A stretch of 64,000 nucleotides of DNA, taken from the NCBI GenBank assembly GCA_965203985.1, contig CBDBDS010000002.1, positions 612,809 through 676,808 on the forward strand, written 5' to 3'. This DNA is from Dehalococcoidia bacterium (GTDB taxonomy: Bacteria; Chloroflexota; Dehalococcoidia; Lucifugimonadales; UBA3495). Below the pieces are notes generated by a model. That model ran no database searches, was not told the origin of the DNA, and saw only the letters and a program-made list of their open reading frames with translations. Below, piece after piece: positions 24,769 through 33,992 of the stretch (positions are counted from its first letter, which is position 1; the number at the start of each line of letters is the position of its first letter). The position numbers and the translations under genes were made by a program.

Positions 24769-25638
24769 TTGCAGGTGCGCGATACAATGATTTCTTATGA
24801 CGAAGCCGTGATCCGGCAGGAGGTCGCGGTAATCGGGACACTGGCCCGAGGACTGCACGGGTTCCTGAATGGACTTTCGCAGGATGACCTGCGCCGGCAC
24901 TCGGCGTGCGACGCCTGGACCGTGCGCGACGTGGCTGGACACCTGACCAACCGCGCCGAAAGGCAGATGGCCAGCATGACCCGCGGACGCCAGGGCGACT
25001 CGGCGCCGCCTGCCGGATTCAGCGCGCCCGCGGATAATATGGCCATGTCCGCCGCCAACGCGGACGCCGACATCGCCTACTCCATTTCGCTGGGCGACGA
25101 GTTGGTTCCCACCTTCGAGCAGCACTACCGGGAACTCCACCTGCTGCTGAACAGTTTCGGCGGCGACGATTGGCGTTGCGACTGCTGGCATCCCCGCCGC
25201 GGCACCATGACGGCGCGCGAATACGTCAGCCAGCGTATTCAGGAACTGGCGGTGCACGACTGGGATATCCGCAGCGCGTTCGACCCGCAGGCCGCCCTGC
25301 ACCCGGACGCCATCCCGGTGTTGCTGGGTATGTCTGAGCGTTGGCTCCGTTCCGCCTACAACCCGGGCGACGACCCGCCACAAGGAGAAATCCGTTACCA
25401 CTTCGCGCTGTCGGACGCAGATCCCATCGACGTGTTGGTGCAGTCGGAGGGCGTGCAGGTCGGCGTCGGGCTGCATCCGAACCCGGACGACCTCGACATG
25501 GTGGTGGCCTGCAACGCCAACACCTACCTGCTGCTGGCCTACGGGCGCATCGACGTGGACACGGCAGCGAACAGCCTGGTCGCCATCGGCGAAGAAGGAC
25601 TCCTCGAACGCTTCGCCCGGTGGATGGTGGGATTCTAA
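24769..25638 (+). CDS. DinB/MDMPI_N family protein, tandem paralogue
   Basis: 'SACDAWTVRDVAGHL', 'CWHPRRGTMTAREYVSQRIQELAVHDWDIR' and 'NANTYLLLAYGRID' are colinear with 23874..24734. Confidence 0.65.
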   Translation: MQVRDTMISYDEAVIRQEVAVIGTLARGLHGFLNGLSQDDLRRHSACDAWTVRDVAGHLTNRAERQMASMTRGRQGDSAPPAGFSAPADNMAMSAANADADIAYSISLGDELVPTFEQHYRELHLLLNSFGGDDWRCDCWHPRRGTMTAREYVSQRIQELAVHDWDIRSAFDPQAALHPDAIPVLLGMSERWLRSAYNPGDDPPQGEIRYHFALSDADPIDVLVQSEGVQVGVGLHPNPDDLDMVVACNANTYLLLAYGRIDVDTAANSLVAIGEEGLLERFARWMVGF

Positions 25639-25683
25639 CGGCGCGTCACCGCCGCAACATCGGAACCAACGAGTCGGGGTGTC

Positions 25684-27159
25684 ATGATGGACACCACGGC
25701 CATCGGCGATAACCCCCGTATCTGCCTCACCGGCGCCACCGGCTACGTGGGCGGGAGACTGCTCAGCATCCTGCAACGCGACGGCTACCGCGTCCGTTGC
25801 ATAGCGCGTAAACCTGAGAACCTGCGGAGCCGGTTATCGGAAACCACCGAGGTGGTGCGGGGCGATCTACTCGACCGCGCCTCCCTGGTGAAGGCGATGT
25901 GCGGCCAGGACGTGGCCTTCTACCTGGTGCACTCCATGGGTTCCTCGGGAGACTTCGCCGAGGAAGAACGGCAGTGCGCCCGGAACTTCGCCGACGCCGC
26001 TCGCCAAGCCGGTATCCGTCGCATCATCTACCTGGGCGGACTCGGCGCCGATGCGCCTGACGCATCGAACCACCTGAGCAGCCGGCGGCAGGTGGGTGAC
26101 ATCCTCCGGGAATCGGGCGTGCCGGTGATCGAGTTTCGCGCCTCCATCATCATCGGCTCCGGCGGCGTCTCCTTCGAGATGGTCCGGGCCCTGGTGGAGC
26201 GATTGCCGGTGATGATCACGCCGCGCTGGGTATCGGTCGCCGCTCAACCCATCGCCATCAACGACCTGCTGGAATACCTGCGCCGCGCCATCAAGCTGCC
26301 GGTCAATGGCCACCGCGTATTCGAGATCGGCGGCGCGGACGTGGTGTCCTACGGCGAGTTGATGCGGGAGTACGCGAGGTTGCGAGGACTACGCCGTGCG
26401 ATGCTGCCGGTCCCGGTGCTCACCCCTCGCCTGTCGAGCCTGTGGTTGGGGCTGGTGACGCCTCTGTACGCGCGGGTTGGGCGAAAGCTGATCGACAGCC
26501 TGCGCAACGCCAGCGTGGTGAGGGATCCGGCCGCGTCCGATGCCTTCCCGATCCGCCCCATGGGTGTCCGGGACGCCATCGCCGCGGCGATGAGGAACGA
26601 AGACCAGGAGGTCGCCGAAACCCGTTGGTCCGATGCGCTGTCATCCTCGGGGAAGGCGCGGAGTTGGGGCGGCGTCCGTTTCGGCACGCGCCTGGTGGAC
26701 AGGCGATCTGAGACCGTGCCGGCCTCACCACCCGAAGCGTTTGCGCCGATCAAACACATCGGCGGCAATACCGGCTGGTATTTCGGCAATTGGTTGTGGC
26801 GCATGCGCGGTTTCATCGACCTCCTGGCCGGAGGCGTCGGCGTGCGCCGGGGCCGGCGCGACCCGTCCGACCTGGCCGTAGGCGACGCCGTGGACTGGTG
26901 GCGAGTCGAAAAATACGAACCAGACCGCATGGTACGGTTCTGCGCGGAAATGAAACTGCCCGGCCGGGCGTGGCTGCAATTCGAAGTCACGCCGGCGGAG
27001 GACGGCCGGGGGTCGGTGATCCACCAAATCGCCCAGTTCGACCCGGTGGGGCTGGGCGGGCTGCTCTACTGGTATGCTGTCTGGCCGGTACACGCCGCCG
27101 TGTTCCGGGGGATGATTCGCGGGATCGCGAAAGCGGCGCGCCAATCGAACGAAGGATAG
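25684..27159 (+). CDS. NAD(P)-binding (atypical SDR/NmrA-like) protein with a C-terminal DUF2867-like domain
   Basis: 'ICLTGATGYVGGRLL' Rossmann opening. ~490 aa two-domain length. The C-terminal part ('DWWRVEKYEPDRMVRFCAEMKLPGRAWLQFEV') fits my memory of DUF2867. Confidence 0.75.
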   Translation: MMDTTAIGDNPRICLTGATGYVGGRLLSILQRDGYRVRCIARKPENLRSRLSETTEVVRGDLLDRASLVKAMCGQDVAFYLVHSMGSSGDFAEEERQCARNFADAARQAGIRRIIYLGGLGADAPDASNHLSSRRQVGDILRESGVPVIEFRASIIIGSGGVSFEMVRALVERLPVMITPRWVSVAAQPIAINDLLEYLRRAIKLPVNGHRVFEIGGADVVSYGELMREYARLRGLRRAMLPVPVLTPRLSSLWLGLVTPLYARVGRKLIDSLRNASVVRDPAASDAFPIRPMGVRDAIAAAMRNEDQEVAETRWSDALSSSGKARSWGGVRFGTRLVDRRSETVPASPPEAFAPIKHIGGNTGWYFGNWLWRMRGFIDLLAGGVGVRRGRRDPSDLAVGDAVDWWRVEKYEPDRMVRFCAEMKLPGRAWLQFEVTPAEDGRGSVIHQIAQFDPVGLGGLLYWYAVWPVHAAVFRGMIRGIAKAARQSNEG

Positions 27160-27196
27160 GATTCGGTATGGGCTGCGGCTCTATGGGCCGGGTTAC

Positions 27197-27754
27197 TTAC
27201 ACCTCAAAAATATCCTGCACCAGGCAGGTGAAGCCCGGCAGAACCTCGCCGCCGTCCAGCGTGTCGGCGACCGTCAACGTCCGCGCCGGGCCGGACTGAG
27301 ACAACGCCGTAATCGTCCGGGCCTCCGGGTCGGTTATCCAGACCAGGCGGACGCCATGGCGCAGCCACATCTGCGCCTTATCGAACACGGGAATCGGTCT
27401 GTCGTTAGGGGAAACTATCTCAACCACCAGGTCGGGGACCACTTGAGCGTACCGTCGCTCACGCACATCCAGGGGCATCCGCTCGGCGGATATGAACGCC
27501 ACGTCCGGCTCCCGAACGGTGTCCGGGCCATGCTCAAGCTGTACGCCGGTATCGAAGCCGAACACTCGGCCCAACCGACGCGGCTTGACAAAGCTGCCCA
27601 ACAAGACTGCCCAATTTATCGCGATCTGGCCATGTTCCAGTCCGCTTGACGCTTTCTCGTGCAGCACCCCCATTATCAACTCGCCTTTCACCCCTTCGCT
27701 GTGCAGTCGCAGCAGGTCATCGGCGGTAAGCAGTTGTGGTTGGGTTGTCGTCAT
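27197..27754 (-). CDS. Uma2-family endonuclease (short form)
   Basis: 'PDVAFISAER...VPDLVVEIVSPND' core. 185 aa. Confidence 0.8.
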   Translation of the reverse strand: MTTTQPQLLTADDLLRLHSEGVKGELIMGVLHEKASSGLEHGQIAINWAVLLGSFVKPRRLGRVFGFDTGVQLEHGPDTVREPDVAFISAERMPLDVRERRYAQVVPDLVVEIVSPNDRPIPVFDKAQMWLRHGVRLVWITDPEARTITALSQSGPARTLTVADTLDGGEVLPGFTCLVQDIFEV

Positions 27755-27948
27755 AAACTTGCCCCTTCAAAATGAAACGGGTGTACCTGGCGAGGATGGC
27801 CCGATTATACCAACCGGCTTCGCGCGACTCGCCGCCGCCGAAGGATGTAGCAGTGGATGCGATGGTGTACACTGACCGATAGGCAGGCTACCGGCGGCGG
27901 GATCGTAATGACGAACCGGATGGTCATATTGGCCCGTCGCACACCCAG

Positions 27949-28413
27949 GTGCCGACAATTTGGACGATGAGTCAATGTTGCGGAATTGACTGTCCGCGCA
28001 CGCCGGCTCTCCGCACTCGGGACGATTGCCCCTCCCTTGGTTCGCCCGATTCAGGACGATTACCGAGCACGATAACCGCCGGCGGCAAAACGTGGACAGT
28101 CACTTCTTATCTGCGTGAGATAGCCATTAGCCGCCCTGACCGCAGGATGGTTACTGTCGAGCGAATCCGGAAGGTGTTGGGGAGCTGGTTGTTCCGGTGC
28201 ATCACCACATCAAGGTGCAGAGATGGGCACACGTATTGGGGCAAGGTCGAATACGAAGGAACGGAACGCCTGATGAAAGTTGTGGTATCCCTCGATGGAG
28301 AAAGGCTGGTCAATGCCTACCTGGACGACAAAGCGACTAAAGACTGGAGAAACAACACTCGGCGTCTTTTTGACCGACGCTGCAAAGAGGGAAGTTTCGA
28401 GGTGCGAAAATGA
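27949..28413 (+). CDS. Possible DUF4258-like toxin-type protein (start uncertain)
   Basis: The C-terminal half 'RRMVTVERIRKVLGS...GTERLMKVVVSLDGERLVNAY' resembles the DUF4258 pattern (H/R..R.i....v..vl ... l.VVv...g..ivT.y). It overlaps the next ORF by 4 nt (ATGA). The patch is visibly less GC-rich. Confidence 0.35.
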   Translation: MPTIWTMSQCCGIDCPRTPALRTRDDCPSLGSPDSGRLPSTITAGGKTWTVTSYLREIAISRPDRRMVTVERIRKVLGSWLFRCITTSRCRDGHTYWGKVEYEGTERLMKVVVSLDGERLVNAYLDDKATKDWRNNTRRLFDRRCKEGSFEVRK

Positions 28414-28826
28414 GCCTGCGCATCCACTACAGCCCGGAAGACGATATCGTTATGCTGTACATGGACGAAAGAGGTGAAGGCAGTTACGACGTCGAGGGAC
28501 ATTACTGGACTAGGGTTATCCTGCCGTCCAGGGGCGGATACAAACCGGTGGCCTTGGAGGTCATGTTTGTGAGTGACCTTATGCCACTGGAAACCAACGG
28601 CCGCTACTGCTCCGAAACCGATACCCTGGTCATCGGCGATGGCGAAGGTTCCACCGCGCTGGCTGAAGAGAATGGCGATTTGACCGCGTACTGGCTCCCC
28701 GAAGAAGATGACCCCGACGATTTGAGCCTGGTTGCTGTTGCCCTTCGACGCGCATCAGTGCATCTGGCCCCGGTGATTCACGCCCCAGACGCAACCGCTG
28801 GACAACCCATCCAAAAGGAAACTTAA
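28410..28826 (+). CDS. DUF2283-like protein (antitoxin-type partner)
   Basis: 'LRIHYSPEDDIVMLYMDERG...GYKPVALEVMFVSDL' follows the DUF2283 pattern ('i.YD.eaDalYi.l....... g.lvGiEil.as'). Confidence 0.5.
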   Translation: MSLRIHYSPEDDIVMLYMDERGEGSYDVEGHYWTRVILPSRGGYKPVALEVMFVSDLMPLETNGRYCSETDTLVIGDGEGSTALAEENGDLTAYWLPEEDDPDDLSLVAVALRRASVHLAPVIHAPDATAGQPIQKET

Positions 28827-28827
28827 T

Positions 28828-30381
28828 ATGCAGTACGACTACATCGTGGTCGGCGGCGGTTCCGCCGGCTGTGTCATGGCCACCCGCCTTTCCGAAATGA
28901 CCGACAAGTCGGTGATCCTGCTGGAAGCCGGCCCGGACTATCCTGACTTCGAGCATCTTCCCGAGGACCTGAAGCAGGGCAATAACACCTGGCTGTCTGC
29001 CTACGGGCCGCACAGCTGGGACCTGCGCGGGCGGGCTACCCCGTTGCAGGACGAGCCGATGATCATCCCGCGCGGCAAGGCCATGGGCGGGTCGTCGTCC
29101 ATCAATGGGCAGGTTGTCTTCCGCGGCATCCCCGAGGACTATGACCTGTGGGCTGAGTGGGGCAACGACGAGTGGAAGTTCACCGACTGCCTGCCCTTCT
29201 TCCGCAAGCTGGAGAACGACTGGGACTACAGCGGCGACGATTTCCACGGCTCCGAGGGCCCGCTCCCGGTGCGCCGGCCCAAGCGCCAGGACTGGCTGCC
29301 CTTCAACACCGCTTTTTACGATGCCTGCGTGCGCCTGGGCATCCCCGAGCATCCTGACCAGAACGCCCCCGACTGCTATACCGCCGTTTCGCCCCGACCC
29401 ATGAACAACATCGACGGCGTGCGCATGAGCACCTCCCTGACCTTCCTCAGCACGGCTCGCCACCGCCTCAATCTGACCGTGCGCGGCAACATCCACGCTC
29501 GCCGTGTGGTGCTGGACGGCAACAAGGCCGTGGGCGTCGAGGTGGAAAGTGGCGGCGAGATATTCACCGTGGAGGGCAAGGAGATCGTCCTGTGCAGCGG
29601 CACCATCGGGTCGGCGCAGATGCTGCTACTGTCCGGCATCGGGCCGGCGGACCACCTGCGGGAGATGGGCATCCCGGTGAACCACGAGCTGCCCGGCGTC
29701 GGCATGAACTTCCGCGACCATCCCGCCGCCTACATCCTGTTCCGCGGCGAGGGCGAGGAGCCGGACACCTTCGCGCCGAACATCCAGGTGGGCCTCCGCT
29801 GGAGCGCCGACGACTCGCCGACCAAAGCTGACTTCCAGATCACGCCTACGCTGATGACCAGCGAGCACCGGCCCTCCAGTATCAGCTACGACGGCTCCGG
29901 CTTCCACTTCGGCCTGAGCGTGGGCCTGCAAAACGCGGTGGGGTTCGGCCGTCTGTCGCTGCAATCCACCGACCCGGCGGTGCAACCGGATCTCGACTAC
30001 CAACTGTTCAGCGATCCCTACGACCGCCAGCGCATGCGCCAGGCCATCCGCAAGGCATTGGAAATCGCCGGTGAGTCTCCGTTCAAGGAATTCATCGTCG
30101 AGCGGCTCAACCCGGTGGACGCCGACCTGGTCAGCGACGACGCGCTGGACAACTGGATCCTGCGCAATGCCTACACCCAGCATCACATCGCCGGCACCTG
30201 CAAGATGGGTCCCGCCAGCGACCCCATGGCTGTGGTGGACCAGCACGGCCAGGTCCACGGCATCGCGGGCCTGCGCGTGGCCGACGCGTCGGTAATGCCC
30301 GACGTGATCCGCGCCAACACCAACGCCACCACCATCATGATCAGCGAGCGGGTGTCGGAGTTCATCAAGGCAGACGCCTAG
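28828..30381 (+). CDS. GMC-family FAD oxidoreductase (choline-dehydrogenase-like)
   Basis: 'YDYIVVGGGSAGCVMATRLSE' FAD-binding opening. 'GGSSSINGQV'. The C-terminal active-site region reads 'HHIAGTCKMG...VADASVMP'. Confidence 0.9.
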   Translation: MQYDYIVVGGGSAGCVMATRLSEMTDKSVILLEAGPDYPDFEHLPEDLKQGNNTWLSAYGPHSWDLRGRATPLQDEPMIIPRGKAMGGSSSINGQVVFRGIPEDYDLWAEWGNDEWKFTDCLPFFRKLENDWDYSGDDFHGSEGPLPVRRPKRQDWLPFNTAFYDACVRLGIPEHPDQNAPDCYTAVSPRPMNNIDGVRMSTSLTFLSTARHRLNLTVRGNIHARRVVLDGNKAVGVEVESGGEIFTVEGKEIVLCSGTIGSAQMLLLSGIGPADHLREMGIPVNHELPGVGMNFRDHPAAYILFRGEGEEPDTFAPNIQVGLRWSADDSPTKADFQITPTLMTSEHRPSSISYDGSGFHFGLSVGLQNAVGFGRLSLQSTDPAVQPDLDYQLFSDPYDRQRMRQAIRKALEIAGESPFKEFIVERLNPVDADLVSDDALDNWILRNAYTQHHIAGTCKMGPASDPMAVVDQHGQVHGIAGLRVADASVMPDVIRANTNATTIMISERVSEFIKADA

Positions 30382-30403
30382 CTTCGGGCGACGGTTGCCA
30401 ACC

Positions 30404-30431
30404 GTAGGGGCGGATAATTATTCGCCCCTAC
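30404..30431 (+). terminator. Hairpin after the GMC gene
   Basis: 9-bp stem GTAGGGGCG / CGCCCCTAC with a 10-nt AT-rich loop, followed by TGCGTTTTG. Confidence 0.5.
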
Positions 30432-30465
30432 TGCGTTTTGCGACATTTCTGCAAGGCGGCAATTC

Positions 30466-31596
30466 ATGCAATTCGAAACCATCGCCGCCCAGGCGGCCCA
30501 CCAGATTGACGCGGTCACCGGCGCCGTCGCGCCGCCCATCTACCTCTCCACCACCTTCGAGCGCGACCCCGACGGCGAGTATTCGCGCGGCTTCGTCTAC
30601 TCCCGCGTGGACAACCCCAACCGCCGCGCCCTTGAGCAGTGCCTCGCGTTGCTGGAGGGCGGGGAAGCGGGTCGCGCGGAGGCCGCCGCTTTCGGTTCCG
30701 GTTCGGCGGCCACGGCGGCGGTGTTTCAGGCCCTGGCTCCGGGCGACCACGTCATCGCGCCGGATGACTGCTATCACGGCACATCGAAAATGCTCCGGGA
30801 GATTTTCGCTCCTTGGGGTCTGCAAACCAGTTTCGTCGACATGACCGACGCGGATTCCGTTCGCCAAGCCGTGCAGCCCAACACCCGCCTGATCTGGGTA
30901 GAAACCCCGTCCAATCCGTTGCTCAAGATTACCGACATCACGCGGATGGCCCAAATCGCCAAATCTGCTAACGCCTTATGCGCCTGCGACAACACCTGGG
31001 CCAGCCCGATGCTGCAGCGGCCTTTCGAGCTGGGCGCAGACCTGGTGGTGCACTCGACCACAAAATACCTGAGCGGTCACGAGGACGTGACCGGCGGCGC
31101 GGTGGTCGGTCGCCAGGACTCCGCCTTCTTCCAACGGGTGCGGTTGATCCAAAACCTGTGCGGGGCGGTACCGTCTCCGTTCGACTGCTGGCTCACGCTG
31201 CGCGGCATCCGCACGTTGCCCGCGCGGATGCCAACCCATTCGGCCAACGCCGGGCGGTTGGCCCGCTTTCTGCAGGATAACTCCCGTGTATCGGCGGTGT
31301 ACTATCCGGGCCTTAAGGACCATCCGGGCCACGACATCGCCGTTGGACAGATGTCCGACTTCGGCGGGATGCTGTCGTTCCAGGTCGCCGGTGGGCGCGA
31401 CGCCGCTATGGACGTAGCGGCTAGGGTCCGGCTGTTCGTCCGTGCCACCAGCCTGGGCGGAACGCAGAGCCTGATCGAGCACCGCGCGTCCATCGAAGGG
31501 CCGGATACGCCAACACCTGACGACCTCCTGCGGGTGTCCGTGGGCTTGGAGAATGTGGATGATTTGATTGCCGACCTGGCGCAGGCGTTGAGTTGA
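30466..31596 (+). CDS. PLP-dependent Cys/Met-metabolism enzyme (cystathionine gamma-synthase / beta- or gamma-lyase family)
   Basis: 376 aa. 'HSTTKYLSGHEDV' contains the PLP lysine context. The 'LRVSVGLENVDDLIADL' C-terminus is family-typical. Confidence 0.85.
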   Translation: MQFETIAAQAAHQIDAVTGAVAPPIYLSTTFERDPDGEYSRGFVYSRVDNPNRRALEQCLALLEGGEAGRAEAAAFGSGSAATAAVFQALAPGDHVIAPDDCYHGTSKMLREIFAPWGLQTSFVDMTDADSVRQAVQPNTRLIWVETPSNPLLKITDITRMAQIAKSANALCACDNTWASPMLQRPFELGADLVVHSTTKYLSGHEDVTGGAVVGRQDSAFFQRVRLIQNLCGAVPSPFDCWLTLRGIRTLPARMPTHSANAGRLARFLQDNSRVSAVYYPGLKDHPGHDIAVGQMSDFGGMLSFQVAGGRDAAMDVAARVRLFVRATSLGGTQSLIEHRASIEGPDTPTPDDLLRVSVGLENVDDLIADLAQALS

Positions 31597-31667
31597 TCTG
31601 CCGTCCTGCGGCTGGGGCGTATGTGTTACCATCGTGGCGGCCGGCCGGCTGCTATGCGAGGCAAACC

Positions 31668-32435
31668 ATGACCACCGAGACCGCTGCGCTTCAATCACTG
31701 GACTTGGAACCTGGCGCTCCGATACCTGACTGGGCTGATCCTGACCGGTTCATCTCCAACGACCCGCCTCCGCTGCCCGACGCCATGCACCAGGAACCCC
31801 ACTTCACCGACGTGATGAGCACCCTGCGCCGGCACCTGCGCGGGCGCCCCAACACGCTGATCTCGGGGGACAGCCACCTCTACTATGACCGCGACAACCT
31901 GAACAACCGTTACGAGCCGGACTGCTACATCGCCTTCGACGTCAACGTCGACACCATCTGGCCCCGTAACGGCTACATGACCTGGATAGCCGGCAAACCG
32001 CCCGATTTCGCCCTCGAAATCGCCTCGAAAACCACCGGGCAACGCGACATGGTGGTGAAACGACGGGACTACGCCCGCATCGGCATCCGCGAGTACTGGC
32101 GTTTCGACCCCACTGGCGGCGAGTTCCACGATGCTCCGCTGGGCGGCGACCGGCTGGTCGATGGCGGCTACGTGCCCATCGAAACAACCACAGAACCGGA
32201 TGGCTCAATCTGGGGTTACAGCGCGGTGCTTGACCTGTGGCTCTGCTGGGATAGCGGTTGGCTCCTCTTTTGGAACCCGACCACCCGGAGTTTTCTGCGC
32301 AACATCGACGCCGCGGATGACGACCGTCAGGCTGCGGAAGACGCCCTGGCCGTTGCTCAGGGCCAACTGGCCAATGCCGAGGAAACCATCCGCCAGCTGC
32401 GGGCCCAGTTGGGCCAATCGGAACCCGGTTCCTGA
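31668..32435 (+). CDS. Uma2-family endonuclease with a C-terminal coiled-coil tail
   Basis: 'PDFALEIASKTTGQRDMVVKRRDYARIGIREYWRFD'. Colinear with 22791..23564, including the long N-terminal extension and a helical tail. Confidence 0.8.
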   Translation: MTTETAALQSLDLEPGAPIPDWADPDRFISNDPPPLPDAMHQEPHFTDVMSTLRRHLRGRPNTLISGDSHLYYDRDNLNNRYEPDCYIAFDVNVDTIWPRNGYMTWIAGKPPDFALEIASKTTGQRDMVVKRRDYARIGIREYWRFDPTGGEFHDAPLGGDRLVDGGYVPIETTTEPDGSIWGYSAVLDLWLCWDSGWLLFWNPTTRSFLRNIDAADDDRQAAEDALAVAQGQLANAEETIRQLRAQLGQSEPGS

Positions 32436-32474
32436 TCTAACCCCAACGGCGATGCACCACCCAGGAGGTTTACC

Positions 32475-33926
32475 ATGTTTGACTTGCTGATCACCGGCGG
32501 CACCGTCATCCTGCCCACCGAGGCAGCCTCCGTTGACGTCGGCGTGCAGGATGGACGCATCGTCGCCATCGGCGCGCCGGGGACCTTGACCGACGAGGCG
32601 GTGCAGACCATTGACGCCGCGGGCCGCATCGTCACCCCCGGCGGCATTGAGCCGCATATTCACGCCGCCGCCAACGTGCAGCCCGGCGTGCACCAGCAGG
32701 TGGAAGGCGTGCCCAACGCCGGCCCCCTGGAGCACTCCCTGGGCGCGATCTGGGGCGGGACCACCACCGTGGTGGACTTCGCGCCGGCGCCCAACGAGGG
32801 GGAATTGGTCGGCGGCATCCTCGATTTTCTGTCCGTCTGGAACGGCAATACCTACGCCGACTATTCCGCCCACGTCATCTACCGCACCAGTAATACCGCC
32901 GATAGCATCGCCCGCGTGGGCGAATTGATCAACAACGATTTCCCCAGCGTGAAAATCTTCACCACCAACATCCGCCCGCCGGCAGACCCGCCGCTGTCGC
33001 TCACGCCCACGGGCCGCATCGACAACGGCCGCCTCACCGACCTGACCGCTCAACTGGCCCGCCACGATGGTGTCCTGGCCGTGCACGCCGAGGACGATGA
33101 GATCGTCATGTACAACTACCTGCTGGCGCAGCAGCGCGGCATGTGGGACTGGTACAACGCCCACCTCATCCACTCCAAAGAGGTGGAGGACGTGGCCTTC
33201 CGTGACGTGATTCGCATCGCGGAGCAGAACGGAGCCGGCATGTACTTCGTCCACGTCACCGGCAGCGACGGCGTCAACGCGGTGGCCGCCGCCCGCAGCC
33301 GAGGGCAAGCGGTCTACGGCGAGGTCCTCACCCTGGCCCTGTCCTTCAACGCCTTCCAGTACCGCGAGCCCGACGGCATGAAGTACCACACCTACCCATC
33401 CCTGAAGTACCCCGAGGACGGCACCGACCTGTGGAGCGGCCTGCTGGGTAACAACCTGACTTTCACCGCCACCGACAGCAGCTTCACCACCTACCTGGAC
33501 AAGACGGCCGGCCTCAACGTGCAGGACATGCGCGGCGGCAACATCGGCATCGAAATCCGCATGGGCGTCAACTACACCGAAGCCGTGGTTCGGCGCGGAA
33601 TGCCCCTGACCCAGTTCGCCAACATCACCGCCACCAACGCCGCCCGCCTGCTGGGGATGTACCCGCAAAAGGGTGTCATCGCTCCCGGCAGCGACGCCGA
33701 CTTCGCGATCATCGACCCCACCATCCACAAGCGGCTCACCATGGACGACCTGCACCTGCGCGACTACAGCCCGTGGGAGGGTTGGGAGATCTTCGGTTGG
33801 CCCACCACGGTGATACTTCGCGGCAAGGTCATGGTGGATAACGGGCAACTGCTGGGCACGCCGGACGACGGCCGGCGCGTGCGTCGCCGGATCGATCCCG
33901 CGGTCCTGCAACGCCCAGCCTTCTAA
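32475..33926 (+). CDS. Cyclic amidohydrolase (dihydropyrimidinase / D-hydantoinase family)
   Basis: 'MFDLLITGGTVILP...IVTPGGIEPHIH' is the metal-binding HxH opening of the amidohydrolase superfamily. 483 aa, which is hydantoinase length. Confidence 0.8.
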   Translation: MFDLLITGGTVILPTEAASVDVGVQDGRIVAIGAPGTLTDEAVQTIDAAGRIVTPGGIEPHIHAAANVQPGVHQQVEGVPNAGPLEHSLGAIWGGTTTVVDFAPAPNEGELVGGILDFLSVWNGNTYADYSAHVIYRTSNTADSIARVGELINNDFPSVKIFTTNIRPPADPPLSLTPTGRIDNGRLTDLTAQLARHDGVLAVHAEDDEIVMYNYLLAQQRGMWDWYNAHLIHSKEVEDVAFRDVIRIAEQNGAGMYFVHVTGSDGVNAVAAARSRGQAVYGEVLTLALSFNAFQYREPDGMKYHTYPSLKYPEDGTDLWSGLLGNNLTFTATDSSFTTYLDKTAGLNVQDMRGGNIGIEIRMGVNYTEAVVRRGMPLTQFANITATNAARLLGMYPQKGVIAPGSDADFAIIDPTIHKRLTMDDLHLRDYSPWEGWEIFGWPTTVILRGKVMVDNGQLLGTPDDGRRVRRRIDPAVLQRPAF

Positions 33927-33992
33927 ACTGCCCCAACCTGCAACCTGCTCTCGCCGGCTGAGTCTGGCCAACCGGAGGGTGTCGCTGCCATC

